The notes beneath the pieces were generated by a model, which worked only from the letters and a program-made list of their open reading frames with translations, was not told the DNA's origin and searched no databases. From Spirochaetia bacterium (GTDB lineage: Bacteria > Spirochaetota > Spirochaetia > SZUA-6 > Bin103), in the NCBI GenBank assembly GCA_965208575.1, contig CBDBOV010000004.1, positions 288,001 through 352,000 of the forward strand: a DNA stretch of 64,000 nt. The letters run 5' to 3'. Positions 9,275-18,997 of the stretch are shown in pieces; the stretch's first letter is position 1, and every line of letters begins with the position of its first letter. The position numbers and the translations under genes are program-made.

Positions 9275-10306
9275 ATGGAAGCGCACGCGAGCGGCCGCAA
9301 AGGGCCTGCCCCGGCTGCCACCGTCGAATTGAGCCCCGGCATCAAGCTGTGCATGCTCATTCCGCCGCGGCCCGGCGACGACATCCTGCGCTTCGCCAAC
9401 GAGTTCGGCATAACCCACGTCTACACCTGGGTTCCGGACGAGTTGAGCGGCGCGGCGGAGCTGACGGCGCTGCGCCGGCGGGTGGAGAGCGCCGGCCTGA
9501 CCCTGTTCAACGCCGGCCACCTCACCCTGGCCAAGTGCGACAAGATCCACCTGGCGCTGCCCGGGCGCGACGAGGCGATCGACCGGTTCGCGGCGTACCT
9601 GCGCAACCTGAGCGCCGCCGGAATCCATACCACTACCTTCACCTTCGAGCCGGACGGCGTATGGAGCACCGCGCCGGCGGCGGCGCGTGGTGGCGCTCCC
9701 GCGCGTGCGGTGGACGGCGCCGAGTTGGCCGGACAGCCGTACAGCCATGGCCGCACGTATGACGAGGAGACGATCTGGGACAACTTCGCCTACCTCATGG
9801 AGCGGATCATCCCGGTGGCGGAACAGACCGGCGTGCGGCTGGCGCTGCACCCCAACGATCCGCCGCTGCCGGAGGTCGCCGGCATTCCCTGCATCATCCG
9901 CTCCGGGGCGAGCTACGAGCGGGCGTTCGCGATCGCCGATTCCGCCCAACTGGGGATGGTGTTCTGCACCGGCTGCTGGCTGGAGGGTGGCGCCGTCTTC
10001 GGCGACATCGAGGCCGCGATCACGGACTTCCTGGCCCGTGACAAGATCTTCATCGTCCACTTCCGCAACGTGAACGCGCCGCTGCCGCGCTTCCACGAGA
10101 CGTTCGTGGACGAGGGTTACCAGGACATGAACGTCCTGATGCGGCTGTTCCACGACGGTGGCTACCACGGCACCATGATTCTCGATCATACCCCGCCGAT
10201 GGCGACCGACCCGACCGACACGATGGCCCTGCCCACCGACAAGCCGGTGGCGACCGCCTACGCGCTCGGCTACATGAAGGCGCTGCTGGCCGCGGCCGGC
10301 GGCTGA
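9275..10306 (+). CDS. uxuA: Mannonate dehydratase family protein
   Basis: IHLALPGRDE, WDNFAY, LALHPNDPP, FCTGC, VHFRNV, ETFVDEG, DHTP. Confidence 0.8.
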   Translation: MEAHASGRKGPAPAATVELSPGIKLCMLIPPRPGDDILRFANEFGITHVYTWVPDELSGAAELTALRRRVESAGLTLFNAGHLTLAKCDKIHLALPGRDEAIDRFAAYLRNLSAAGIHTTTFTFEPDGVWSTAPAAARGGAPARAVDGAELAGQPYSHGRTYDEETIWDNFAYLMERIIPVAEQTGVRLALHPNDPPLPEVAGIPCIIRSGASYERAFAIADSAQLGMVFCTGCWLEGGAVFGDIEAAITDFLARDKIFIVHFRNVNAPLPRFHETFVDEGYQDMNVLMRLFHDGGYHGTMILDHTPPMATDPTDTMALPTDKPVATAYALGYMKALLAAAGG

Positions 10307-10336
10307 GCGGCGAACACGACAGGATCGGGAGGCGAG

Positions 10337-11395
10337 ATGAAGCTGCTGGTACTGCCCGGCGACGGGGTAGGTCCCGAGATCACCGAGGCCGCGGTGGCGG
10401 TGCTGGCTGCGGTCGCCGGCCGCGGTCCGCTGGACGTGGAACGGGAGACGGCGCAGATCGGCTTGGCCGCGCACGCGGCGCACGGCACCACCCTGCCGGA
10501 GGGGACCCTGGAGCGGGCGCGCGCGGCCGACGGCGTGATTCTCGGCCCGATCGACCACATGCGCTACCCCGCGCGCGATCAGGGCGGCGTCAACGTCTCC
10601 GCCACGCTGCGCACCGGCCTCGACCTGTACGCCAACATCCGCCCGGCACGCACCCGGCCCGGGCTCAGCGGTCCGGTCGGCGACTTCGACCTGGTGATCG
10701 TGCGCGAGAATACGGAGGGCTTCTACCCCGACCGCAACATGTACGCCGGCAGCGGCGAGTTCATGCCGGACGCGGACACCGCGCTGTCGGTGCGCAAGAT
10801 CAGCGCCGCCGCCTGCCGCCGCATCGCGCGCCGTTCGTTCGCCCTTGCGCGCCGCCGGCGGTGCAAGGTGACGGCGATCCACAAGGCCAACAACTTCATC
10901 CTCAGCGACGGCCTGTTTCTGCGCGAGGTGCGCGCGGTGGCAAGCGACTATCCCGACGTGGAGCTTGACGAGGTGCTGGTGGATGCCGCGGCGGCGCTCC
11001 TGGTACGCGAACCGGCGCGCTTTGACGTGCTGTGCACCACCAACTTTCACGGCGACATCCTCTCCGACCTGGCCTCGGAACTGTCGGGGAGCCTCGGGCT
11101 GGCGGGCTCGCTGAACGCCGGCGACCACCATGCCTGTGCGCAGACCCAGCACGGCTCAGCCCCCGACATCGCCAGCCGGGACCGGGTCAACCCGACCGCC
11201 ATGCTGCTGTCGGTGGCCATGCTCCTGGAGTGGCTGGCCGAGCGGCATGAGCGATCCGACCTGGCTGGTGCAGCGGCCCGCATTGCCGCCGCGCTGGACC
11301 GCACGCTGGCCAACCCGGCCACGCGCACCGCCGACCTGGGCGGCTCCCTCGGCACCCGCGCCTTCACCGCCGCGGTGATCGCGGCCCTGGACTGA
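10337..11395 (+). CDS. Isocitrate/isopropylmalate (beta-decarboxylating) dehydrogenase family
   Basis: LPGDGVGPE, DLYANIRP, VRENTEGFY, HKAN, NFHGDILSD, HGSAPDIA, TADLGG; strong GGAGG RBS. Confidence 0.92.
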   Translation: MKLLVLPGDGVGPEITEAAVAVLAAVAGRGPLDVERETAQIGLAAHAAHGTTLPEGTLERARAADGVILGPIDHMRYPARDQGGVNVSATLRTGLDLYANIRPARTRPGLSGPVGDFDLVIVRENTEGFYPDRNMYAGSGEFMPDADTALSVRKISAAACRRIARRSFALARRRRCKVTAIHKANNFILSDGLFLREVRAVASDYPDVELDEVLVDAAAALLVREPARFDVLCTTNFHGDILSDLASELSGSLGLAGSLNAGDHHACAQTQHGSAPDIASRDRVNPTAMLLSVAMLLEWLAERHERSDLAGAAARIAAALDRTLANPATRTADLGGSLGTRAFTAAVIAALD

Positions 11396-11411
11396 AGGCA
11401 GGTAGACAGCC

Positions 11412-12629
11412 ATGAACGAATCGAGAGGTTCCGCTCCGCAGGCCAAGTGGAAACCACTGCTGCAGAGCATGGTGGACGAACTGGCTGCATCGGGGGTGTT
11501 GCGGTCGCCGACGATTCGCAGATCGTTCCTCAAGGTACCGAGACACCTGTTCGTCGATGAGTCTTCGTTGGAGGATATCTACTCCGACGCCCCGATCGTG
11601 ACCAGGACCGACGTGGAGGGCAGACCGGTCAGCTCATGCTCGATGCCGAGTCTGGTTGCCAGCATGCTCGAGGATCTCGACTTGAGCCCAGGGCTGCGGG
11701 TGATGGAGATTGGCGCCGGAACCGGTTACAACGCGGCACTCCTCGGTCACGTCGTCGGCGCTTCCGGGCGCGTCGTGAGCATCGACATCGACTCCGAAGT
11801 AGCCGCCGCGGCGCGCCACCACGTACGCCGCACGGGGCTTGCCAACGTGCGCGTGGTCGCCGCCGACGGCGCCCACGGGTTCCCGTCCGAAGCACCGTAT
11901 GACCGCATTACCGTCACGGTGGGCGTGCGTGAGCCGTTTCCCGCCTGGGTCGCGCAGCTCTCCGAAGGAGGCCTGTTGCAGACGCCGATCTGGATTCGCG
12001 GCCAGCAGCTCGTCGCCACCTTCCGGAAGGCCGGCGATCAACTCAGGTCCGTTTCGCTGACGTACGGTGGGTTCATGCGCCTGCGCGGCAGCAGCCGAAC
12101 GGGAGAGGGCTACGTGCAGTGCGCTGGTTGGACGCTATGTCACGAGCAGCCGGACACGGTCGATCAGCTTCGCCTGGCTCCCGCCCTCATCGAAGCGGCG
12201 CGCAACGCGAGACAGGTACGCCGGAGCAAGCGCGATCTCGGAGTTCCCTTCAGGCTGTACCTTGCGATGCGCGACGCGCGCTTTGCCGTGGCCGAGCGCT
12301 GCGACGAGAGTGGACGGGTCGATTCCCAGGCACTGGGCTACGTGGATTGGGATTCGTGCTCGCTCGTGCTGCTGGCTACGAAGCGCGGCTCGGACGACGT
12401 GGAACTGCTGACCCATGGGTCAACGTCGCTGGTCGAGGAGTTGCTGTCGCATCTCGACGAGTGGGATGCCATGGGCCGCGTCGCGTTGTCGGACTGCCGC
12501 ATCACCATGGAAGAGGCTTCCTCGGGAGCGGCGCGCCAAGGCCACGGCTTGCGGCCCGGCACGGTGGCCGGGAACGCGTACGACATCTTGATACGGTTTC
12601 CCCGCACGAACGGGATCGGGTTACCCTGA
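11412..12629 (+). CDS. Protein-L-isoaspartate O-methyltransferase-like protein with long C-terminal extension (FxLD/RiPP-type methyltransferase-like)
   Basis: VPRHLF, SSCSMP, VMEIGAGTGYNAALL, APYDRI, GFMRLRG, then about 180 extra residues. Confidence 0.8.
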   Translation: MNESRGSAPQAKWKPLLQSMVDELAASGVLRSPTIRRSFLKVPRHLFVDESSLEDIYSDAPIVTRTDVEGRPVSSCSMPSLVASMLEDLDLSPGLRVMEIGAGTGYNAALLGHVVGASGRVVSIDIDSEVAAAARHHVRRTGLANVRVVAADGAHGFPSEAPYDRITVTVGVREPFPAWVAQLSEGGLLQTPIWIRGQQLVATFRKAGDQLRSVSLTYGGFMRLRGSSRTGEGYVQCAGWTLCHEQPDTVDQLRLAPALIEAARNARQVRRSKRDLGVPFRLYLAMRDARFAVAERCDESGRVDSQALGYVDWDSCSLVLLATKRGSDDVELLTHGSTSLVEELLSHLDEWDAMGRVALSDCRITMEEASSGAARQGHGLRPGTVAGNAYDILIRFPRTNGIGLP

Positions 12630-12631
12630 CG

Positions 12632-14098
12632 ATGGCAGATCGGCCTATCACCTACTATCGGGAGAAGTTTCGGCCGCAGTACCATTTCTCGCCGGAGCGG
12701 AACTTCATCAACGATCCGTGCGGACTGGTGTACTTCGACGGTGAGTACCACCTGTTCTACCAGCACAACCCGTTCGACCTCGACCAGGATCCCAACCTGC
12801 TGTACTGGGGTCACGCGACCAGTACCGACCTGCTGCACTGGCGCCACATGCCGCTGCAACTGGGGCCGGACGACCTGGGCGGCATCTCGACCGGGTGCGG
12901 CGTCGTGGACTGGCACGACACGTCAGGACTGTTCGGCGGCCGGCCGGGACTGGTGCTGATCTACGTGTACGTGCGCTACGACGTGTGGGAAGCACCGGCC
13001 CTGGCGTACAGCAGCGACCGGGGGCGCACGTGGCACAAGCTGCACGACCAGAACCCGCTGCTCGACCCCGGCGAGCCGGGCCAGCTCAAGGACGCCAAGG
13101 TGTTCTGGCACAAGGCGACCGGACGCTGGGTGATGGTGCTGACTAGCGACCAGCTGTGCCTGTACTCCTCGCCCAACCTGCTGGACTGGCAGTTCGAGAG
13201 CGTCGTCGAAGGAGTGCGCAGCGAATGTCCCGATCTGTTCGAGCTGTCGGTCGACGGTGACGCAAAACGGTCAAAGTGGGTGCTCACTCTAGCGGGAAGA
13301 TGCTATCACCTCGGTTCGTTCGACGGCCGTATCTTCACGCCGGAGACGGTAGCGGTCCCGATGAACTTCGGTCCCGATGCTTACGCTTCCCAGACCTGGA
13401 GCGACGCGCCCGGCGGGCGCCGGATCATGATCGACTGGATGATGGCATGGCGTTACGCCCGGCGCCTCGACATCATTCCCACGCGCCCCTGGAACGGCTC
13501 GATGTCGCTGCCGCGCGAGCTGACGCTGCGCAGCACCACGGCCGGCGTGCGGCTGTTTCAGAACCCGATCGCCGAGCTGGCGGTACTGCGCGAGCGAAGC
13601 TGCCTGCACGAGGGGATCACAGTCCGGGACGGGATACCATTCGTGCCCGATCTGGCCGGGACGTGCGTCGAGATTGAGGCCGAGTTTCTCCTCGGCACCG
13701 CCACCCACTTCGGCCTTGAGGTGATGGCCAGCGAGCGCACCATCTACGTATTTGCGCATCGCAGTCATCGCATCGCCGGCGAGCGCACGCGGATTACCTT
13801 CAACGTGGGGGCGGCGGAACTGGCGGTCGACCGGCGCACCGCCGGCACCGTGTACGACGATGAGTTCGCTCAGGAATACAGGGCGCCGCTGGCGCCGTCC
13901 GGCGGCCGCATCGTTTTGCACGTACTGACCGACTGGTCGTCGGTGGAGACCATTGCGAACGGCGGCGAAGTGGTCATCTCGACGTTGGTCTTCCCCACCC
14001 CGTTCGGCGGCGGCATCCGCGTCTTCGCCCGCGGCGGCGCGGTAACCCTGGAGCGGATAGGCGTGCATCGGCTCGGTTCGGTCTGGGACCAGGCATAA
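12632..14098 (+). CDS. Glycoside hydrolase family 32 (levanase/beta-fructofuranosidase-like)
   Basis: RPQYHF, FINDPCG, WGHATS.DL, KDAKV, ECPDLF, YASQTW, SLPREL, D.SSVE. Confidence 0.9.
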   Translation: MADRPITYYREKFRPQYHFSPERNFINDPCGLVYFDGEYHLFYQHNPFDLDQDPNLLYWGHATSTDLLHWRHMPLQLGPDDLGGISTGCGVVDWHDTSGLFGGRPGLVLIYVYVRYDVWEAPALAYSSDRGRTWHKLHDQNPLLDPGEPGQLKDAKVFWHKATGRWVMVLTSDQLCLYSSPNLLDWQFESVVEGVRSECPDLFELSVDGDAKRSKWVLTLAGRCYHLGSFDGRIFTPETVAVPMNFGPDAYASQTWSDAPGGRRIMIDWMMAWRYARRLDIIPTRPWNGSMSLPRELTLRSTTAGVRLFQNPIAELAVLRERSCLHEGITVRDGIPFVPDLAGTCVEIEAEFLLGTATHFGLEVMASERTIYVFAHRSHRIAGERTRITFNVGAAELAVDRRTAGTVYDDEFAQEYRAPLAPSGGRIVLHVLTDWSSVETIANGGEVVISTLVFPTPFGGGIRVFARGGAVTLERIGVHRLGSVWDQA

Positions 14099-14122
14099 CG
14101 CGACCACACGGGATCGGCACCG

Positions 14123-15436
14123 ATGACCAATCTGCGCAGCGCGCTGCACCAGTTTCACGGCGACGTGTACCGGCACCTGGTCGCCTCCACCCTGGTGGGA
14201 TTCAGCTACTTCGGGTTCGTGACGGTGCTGCTCAACCTGTACTTGTTGCGCCTGGGTTACGGCACCGACTTCATCGGGCTGGTGAACGGCAGCACGGCCA
14301 TCGCGTTTGCCGCCTCTTCGCTGCCGGCCGGTGCGTTCGGCAGCCGCTTCGGCATGCGGCGCGCGGTGGTCGGAGGGATGGGGTTTCTGGCCGCCGGTGT
14401 GATGCTGGTGCCGATCGTGGCGCTGCTGCCGGCAGGTGGCACGCGCGACACCGCCATCATCGCCATGCGGCTGCTGTCCGGGATCGGGTTCTCCCTCTAC
14501 ATGGTAAACTCCTACCCGTACCTGGTGGCGGCGACCGACGCCCGTGACCGTCCCTACGCGTTCGCCCTGATGGCCGCGATACCGCCGGTGGCCGGCTTTG
14601 CCGGGAGCATCATCTCGGGAGCCTTGCCCGGATGGATCGCGAACGGCTTGCGGCTGGACAGCGCGGATCCGCTGCCGTTCGCTCTCATCCTGGTATTTGC
14701 CGGGGTGATCCTGGTGCCCAACCTGTGGATTGTGGCACGCACGCGCGACCTGGACCCGCCGAAGCGGCGCCGCAACGGCAACGCGCGGCGCCGCACCGCC
14801 CGCGAGGTGCGCAGCGCCGATGGCGCGTTCTTTCTCCTGGTGTTCTTCCTGGGCATTACCGCGCTGCTGCGCATGGCGGGCGAGAGTGCCGCCCGGTCGT
14901 TTTTCAACGTCTACCTGGAACTGGATCTGGGTGCATCGACGTCCCGCATCGGCCTGCTGCTGGCGTTCGGGCAACTCGCGGCGGGTCCGGCGGCACTGTG
15001 CGCCCCGGCGATGGCGGCGCGCGCGGGCAAGGTGCCGGTCATTGTCGTCACCACCGCGATCACCGCGGCCAGCCTGGTGATCATGGCGCTGGTGCCGCAT
15101 TGGTTGGCGGCGGGCATCGGCTTTACCCTGGTGGTCGGCATGCGCTCGGTCACCCAGTCGGTTACCAGCCTGGTACACATGGAGATCGTGCCGGCAAGCC
15201 GGCGCGGGCTTACCTCGGGGGTGACGTCGATGTCGATGGGGTTGGGGTTTTCGTCGATGGCGCTCGGCGGCGGCTACCTGATCCCGGCACTGGGATTCCC
15301 CGGTCTCTACCTGATCGGCGCGCTCATTACCGCGCTGAGCGCACTGATCTTCTGGCTGTACTTCCGCGTACCGCAGGGCGAGTACCGGCTGACCGCCGAA
15401 CGGCCGGCCGCCGCCGTTCCGGCGCAGCGGTCGTGA
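14123..15436 (+). CDS. MFS transporter
   Basis: About 12 hydrophobic segments, LNLYLLRLGY, motif A-like GSRFGMRR. Confidence 0.88.
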   Translation: MTNLRSALHQFHGDVYRHLVASTLVGFSYFGFVTVLLNLYLLRLGYGTDFIGLVNGSTAIAFAASSLPAGAFGSRFGMRRAVVGGMGFLAAGVMLVPIVALLPAGGTRDTAIIAMRLLSGIGFSLYMVNSYPYLVAATDARDRPYAFALMAAIPPVAGFAGSIISGALPGWIANGLRLDSADPLPFALILVFAGVILVPNLWIVARTRDLDPPKRRRNGNARRRTAREVRSADGAFFLLVFFLGITALLRMAGESAARSFFNVYLELDLGASTSRIGLLLAFGQLAAGPAALCAPAMAARAGKVPVIVVTTAITAASLVIMALVPHWLAAGIGFTLVVGMRSVTQSVTSLVHMEIVPASRRGLTSGVTSMSMGLGFSSMALGGGYLIPALGFPGLYLIGALITALSALIFWLYFRVPQGEYRLTAERPAAAVPAQRS

Positions 15437-15558
15437 GCCATGGCAGTCCGCAGACGAACACCGGCTGCATTCGAGCGGCGCGCCGCCGGGTCCCGTCACG
15501 GGCCGCCCGATGCTGACCGCCGCACGGTAGCAGCCGCCAGGCCGGAGTCGAGCAAACC

Positions 15559-16842
15559 ATGACCAACTTTCGCCAGGCGCTTCGCACCTTCCACCCCGAC
15601 GTGTACCGGTACCTGTTCGCCATGGGCATTGTCGGGTTCAGCTACTTCGGCTTCATAGCGGTGCTGCTCAATCTGTACCTGCTGCGGCTCGGCTACGGCA
15701 CCGACTACATTGGCCTGGTCAACGGCGGCATTGCCTTTGCGTTCGCGGCGTGCTCGCTGCCGGCGGGGGCAATCGGCGGGCGCCTCGGGATGCGCCGTAC
15801 AGCGGCGCTCGGCATGGCACTGGTGGCGGCGGGAGTGACGCTCGTGCCGGTGGCCGGGTCGGTCCTGTCCGGCGCGCCGCGGGACGTGGGCATCATCGCC
15901 ATGCGCGTGCTTTCCGGCATTGGGTTTGCCTTCTACATGGTGAATGCCTATCCCTACCTGGTGGCGGCCACCGGTCCCCGGGAGCGGACCTACGCGTTCG
16001 CCCTCATGTCCGCCTTGCCGCCGCTCACCGGCTTCACCGGCAGCATCGTCTCCGGGGTACTGCCGGGGTGGGTCGCGCCCCTGCTCGGGCTGGATCTGAG
16101 CCACCCGGAACCGTTCGCGGTCGCCCTGATCCTGGCGGGGGTGGTCCTGCTGCCGACCGTTCCCGCGGTGGCGCGCACCAGCGATCGCGAGCCGGCCAAG
16201 CGCGGTTCGCCGCGGGCGGAGCAGATCCGTTCATCGCCCGGCGGAGGCGGACGGAGCGCGGAGGGCGCCCTGTACGCGTTGATCTTCGTGCTCGCCTTCA
16301 CCGCCCTGCTGCGCTCCGCCGGCGAGGGGGCGGCACGCACCTTCATCAACGTCTACCTGGAGGTGGATCTGGCGGCGTCGCCGGCGCGCATCGGGGTGTT
16401 GCTGGCGATCGGAACGGTGGCCGCGGGACCGGCTGCACTGATCGCCCCGGCACTGGCCGCGCGCGCCGGCAAGGTACCGGTGATTGTGATCACCGGTCTG
16501 CTTACCGCTGCCGGCATGGTGATCCTGGCAACCGTCCCGCACTGGGCCGGGGCGGGGCTCGGCTTCACGCTGGTGGTCGGGCTGCGGTCCATCACCCAGT
16601 CGGTGTCCGCGGTGCTGCACATGGAGATCGTGCCCGCGAGCCGGCGCACGGTAACCTCCGGCGTGATGGCGATGGCGATGGGAATGGGCTTCATGTCGAT
16701 CTCGTTCGGCGGCGGCTACCTGATCCCGGCCCTCGGCTTCCCCGGCTTCTACCACCTTGCCACGGCCATCACCGTCGTCAGCGCACTGATCTTCTGGCTC
16801 TACTTCCGCATCCCCCGCGGCGAATACCAGGCACGCCCTTGA
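15559..16842 (+). CDS. MFS transporter (tandem paralog of 14123..15436)
   Basis: Collinear, highly similar protein (MTN..., YPYLVAAT, HMEIVPASRR, GGGYLIPALGFPG, ALIFWLYFR). Confidence 0.88.
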   Translation: MTNFRQALRTFHPDVYRYLFAMGIVGFSYFGFIAVLLNLYLLRLGYGTDYIGLVNGGIAFAFAACSLPAGAIGGRLGMRRTAALGMALVAAGVTLVPVAGSVLSGAPRDVGIIAMRVLSGIGFAFYMVNAYPYLVAATGPRERTYAFALMSALPPLTGFTGSIVSGVLPGWVAPLLGLDLSHPEPFAVALILAGVVLLPTVPAVARTSDREPAKRGSPRAEQIRSSPGGGGRSAEGALYALIFVLAFTALLRSAGEGAARTFINVYLEVDLAASPARIGVLLAIGTVAAGPAALIAPALAARAGKVPVIVITGLLTAAGMVILATVPHWAGAGLGFTLVVGLRSITQSVSAVLHMEIVPASRRTVTSGVMAMAMGMGFMSISFGGGYLIPALGFPGFYHLATAITVVSALIFWLYFRIPRGEYQARP

Positions 16843-16893
16843 CCCCCGAAAGCGAAGTTCGACATCGAGACCAAGAGCTATCGCATGGACAGT

Positions 16894-17082
16894 TCAGTTC
16901 TCATAACGTGCCTCGCGGGGCGATCCACTCTGCGGGCTGGCCTCAGCCAACCGCCTCCGGAGTGCCGCACGGACCACCTCTTGCAACGCCGATTCAACAG
17001 TGTCCTTGACTCCCGAGGTGCCGAGTACTTCCTGAGCCCGCGCAAGCTGCTCTTCGTCGATTTCCAACCACATGTATCTCAT
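16894..17082 (-). pseudogene. VapB-type (DUF2191-like) antitoxin fused by deletion to the tail of a vapC toxin
   Basis: LEIDEEQLARAQEVLGTSGVKDTVESAL matches RHH-type VapB; another frame at 16942..16901 reads GQPAEWIAPRGTL*, a typical PIN/VapC C-terminus. Confidence 0.65.
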
Positions 17083-17135
17083 GGCCGAAGATTGGCACAC
17101 ATAGCCGGTGTACAAGCCTGATGTCACTACGGACG

Positions 17136-17372
17136 TCACTCCAAATGTGGCGCAACCCGGTCTACCGCCGCATCTCGCGCGGCGTAGATTTCGGACACCA
17201 GTTCGTGGAGTCCTTCATAATCGGAGAGCGCGCCAGCGGCAACGGCCAGGCCGACCGGACAAGACGGTGCTACCGAATCCACTTCATACGGAAGGACCAC
17301 GTCCACTACCGTGCCGCGCCGTACTCGCCGTCTGGCTTGTGCGACGCTGTCGCGCCTCTCGTTCCTTGTCAT
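17136..17372 (-). CDS. Small hypothetical protein, possibly a degenerate Phd-type antitoxin
   Basis: SVAQARRR and RRG..V..V segments resemble a Phd fold with an internal gap; no toxin follows. Confidence 0.4.
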   Translation of the reverse strand: MTRNERRDSVAQARRRVRRGTVVDVVLPYEVDSVAPSCPVGLAVAAGALSDYEGLHELVSEIYAARDAAVDRVAPHLE

Positions 17373-17399
17373 GCAAGACTGTTGTGCCACGAAGAGGCA

Positions 17400-18815
17400 C
17401 TATGTCAAGTCGCCAGAGTCGCCAGCTTCGGAAGCGTGATTCATCGTGCGGAGTTGGTCGATGAGGCGTGGCAGGGTTTCCACGGCGTACAGCGGCAAGG
17501 AAAGCAATTTCAGGGTGACGGGTTGCAGGCCGTTGGCGGTGCGGATGGTGTGGCGGATGGTTTGCAGGCTCGGCGGGTTGGCATCGAAGCGGACGGCCAG
17601 CGGTGGCCGTTTCTCGTGCGCGAACTGCAGCAGGGACTTCATCGAGCCGCTGCGGCCTGCCTTAACCTCGATGGGAATGATCCAATCTCCGCGTGAGATG
17701 ACGTAGTCGACCTCGGCGTTGCCGGTCCGTGCTTGGCGCAGCCAGTAGTGCAGGTCCGGGCGCCGCTCGCCGCCGCCAATAGTCGCCAGTTCCTGCCCAA
17801 CGTACTGTTCGGCGATACTGCCTTCGTTCACCAGGCGGGTCTCGTCCATGGCGTCGACGGTCGGCGCATCGACGCCGCAGAGGTGATTCATCAATCCGAC
17901 ATCCATGAACAGCAGCTTGCAGGTGCGGTGGTCGATGTCGGCGCCGAGGGGCAGGCCCGAGCAATGGCTGTGGACGACGCGGTTGCAGACCCGCGCCTTC
18001 ACCAGCAACTCGATCGCATCGCGCACGTCGCCCGAGCGCGAGTCCGCGTCCAGTGTGTGGTATGCGACCTTGCGCCCCACCGATCCCGGTATGCTGCGAA
18101 ACAGGCGCTGCAGGCGGACAAGTTGAGCGCCTCGGGCGTACTTCGCGAAGTCGTCCTGGTAGGTCTCCGCGATCGAGCGCTGCACGGCCGCCACTTCGAG
18201 GGGCGAGCCTGCCGTCTCCCCGTGTGCCAACACCGCTTCCGGCAGGCCGCCGACCAGCAGGTATTCCCTGCAACGCCGGAGCTGGCGGCGGTGGGCCGCT
18301 TCCGCTGGCGGCGTGTCCAGGTCCAGTGCAGCGAGTTGCTCGGCCGCCCCTGGATCGGTAGCGTTCAGGAACTCGAAGTACGACATTGGGCCCAGGTGCA
18401 GGTACTCGATGCGCCCCACGGGCATGGGGAACGGGTGATCGGCAAGGGTGAACTCCAACAACGAACCCGCCGCCAGGACCGGCAGCTCCGGGCGGTCCTC
18501 GTAGAGATAGCGCAGCGCTTGCAGCGCATGCGGGGCCGCCTGCACCTCGTCGAGAAACAGGATTGACCCTGCCAGCCGGACCCCGCCGACCGCTTCCAGC
18601 TCACGCGTGATGCGCCCGGTGTCCAGGGTCTCGAACACCCGGTCGAGGTAGAGGTTGCGTTCCAGGTTCACTTCGCACAGGCCCATCCCGGAGGCGGCCG
18701 CGAACTGGCGTACGAGCGTCGTCTTGCCTACCTGCCGCGCGCCGCGAAGCACCAGCGGCTTGCGGCGGCGCCGATCAAGCCACCGGTGCAGGACCTGTTC
18801 GGCGAGTCTTTCCAT
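17400..18815 (-). CDS. AAA_14/DUF4143 ATP-binding protein with C-terminal PD-(D/E)xK-like domain
   Basis: GARQVGKT Walker A, LFLDEVQ Walker B, AGS, GGLPE, DVGL, EVDY...IEVK. Confidence 0.9.
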   Translation of the reverse strand: MERLAEQVLHRWLDRRRRKPLVLRGARQVGKTTLVRQFAAASGMGLCEVNLERNLYLDRVFETLDTGRITRELEAVGGVRLAGSILFLDEVQAAPHALQALRYLYEDRPELPVLAAGSLLEFTLADHPFPMPVGRIEYLHLGPMSYFEFLNATDPGAAEQLAALDLDTPPAEAAHRRQLRRCREYLLVGGLPEAVLAHGETAGSPLEVAAVQRSIAETYQDDFAKYARGAQLVRLQRLFRSIPGSVGRKVAYHTLDADSRSGDVRDAIELLVKARVCNRVVHSHCSGLPLGADIDHRTCKLLFMDVGLMNHLCGVDAPTVDAMDETRLVNEGSIAEQYVGQELATIGGGERRPDLHYWLRQARTGNAEVDYVISRGDWIIPIEVKAGRSGSMKSLLQFAHEKRPPLAVRFDANPPSLQTIRHTIRTANGLQPVTLKLLSLPLYAVETLPRLIDQLRTMNHASEAGDSGDLT

Positions 18816-18820
18816 AATAC

Positions 18821-18857
18821 ACCCCTATTAGATCATAACCACTGACAATATAGGGGT
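18821..18857. promoter_or_regulatory. Inverted repeat ACCCCTAT-N21-ATAGGGGT upstream of the AAA_14 gene
   Basis: Perfect 8-bp arms in an AT-rich patch directly 5' of the ATG, enclosing a TATGAT hexamer on the - strand. Confidence 0.55.
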
Positions 18858-18913
18858 CTATAATGGACATTGGCCATGGATCCGGCGGCGGTGGGTGGAT
18901 GCGGCGGGAACAA

Positions 18914-18943
18914 GGCAGCGGCCGCCGGAGGGGCGGCCGCTGC
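18914..18943 (-). terminator. Intrinsic terminator hairpin downstream of the SBP gene
   Basis: 13-bp perfect stem GGCAGCGGCCGCC/GGCGGCCGCTGCC, 4-nt loop, followed by TTGTT on the - strand. Confidence 0.7.
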
Positions 18944-18997
18944 CGATTTGCTTCGCGCTGCTTCCGGGAGGAAGCGGCCCGGTTCTTGTAGGAGGGC

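Noticed and set aside
11396-12640. RiPP precursor peptide next to the PIMT-like gene
   Set aside because: Intergenic gaps are only 16 and 2 bp; no FxLD-, lasso- or graspetide-like short ORF is visible nearby
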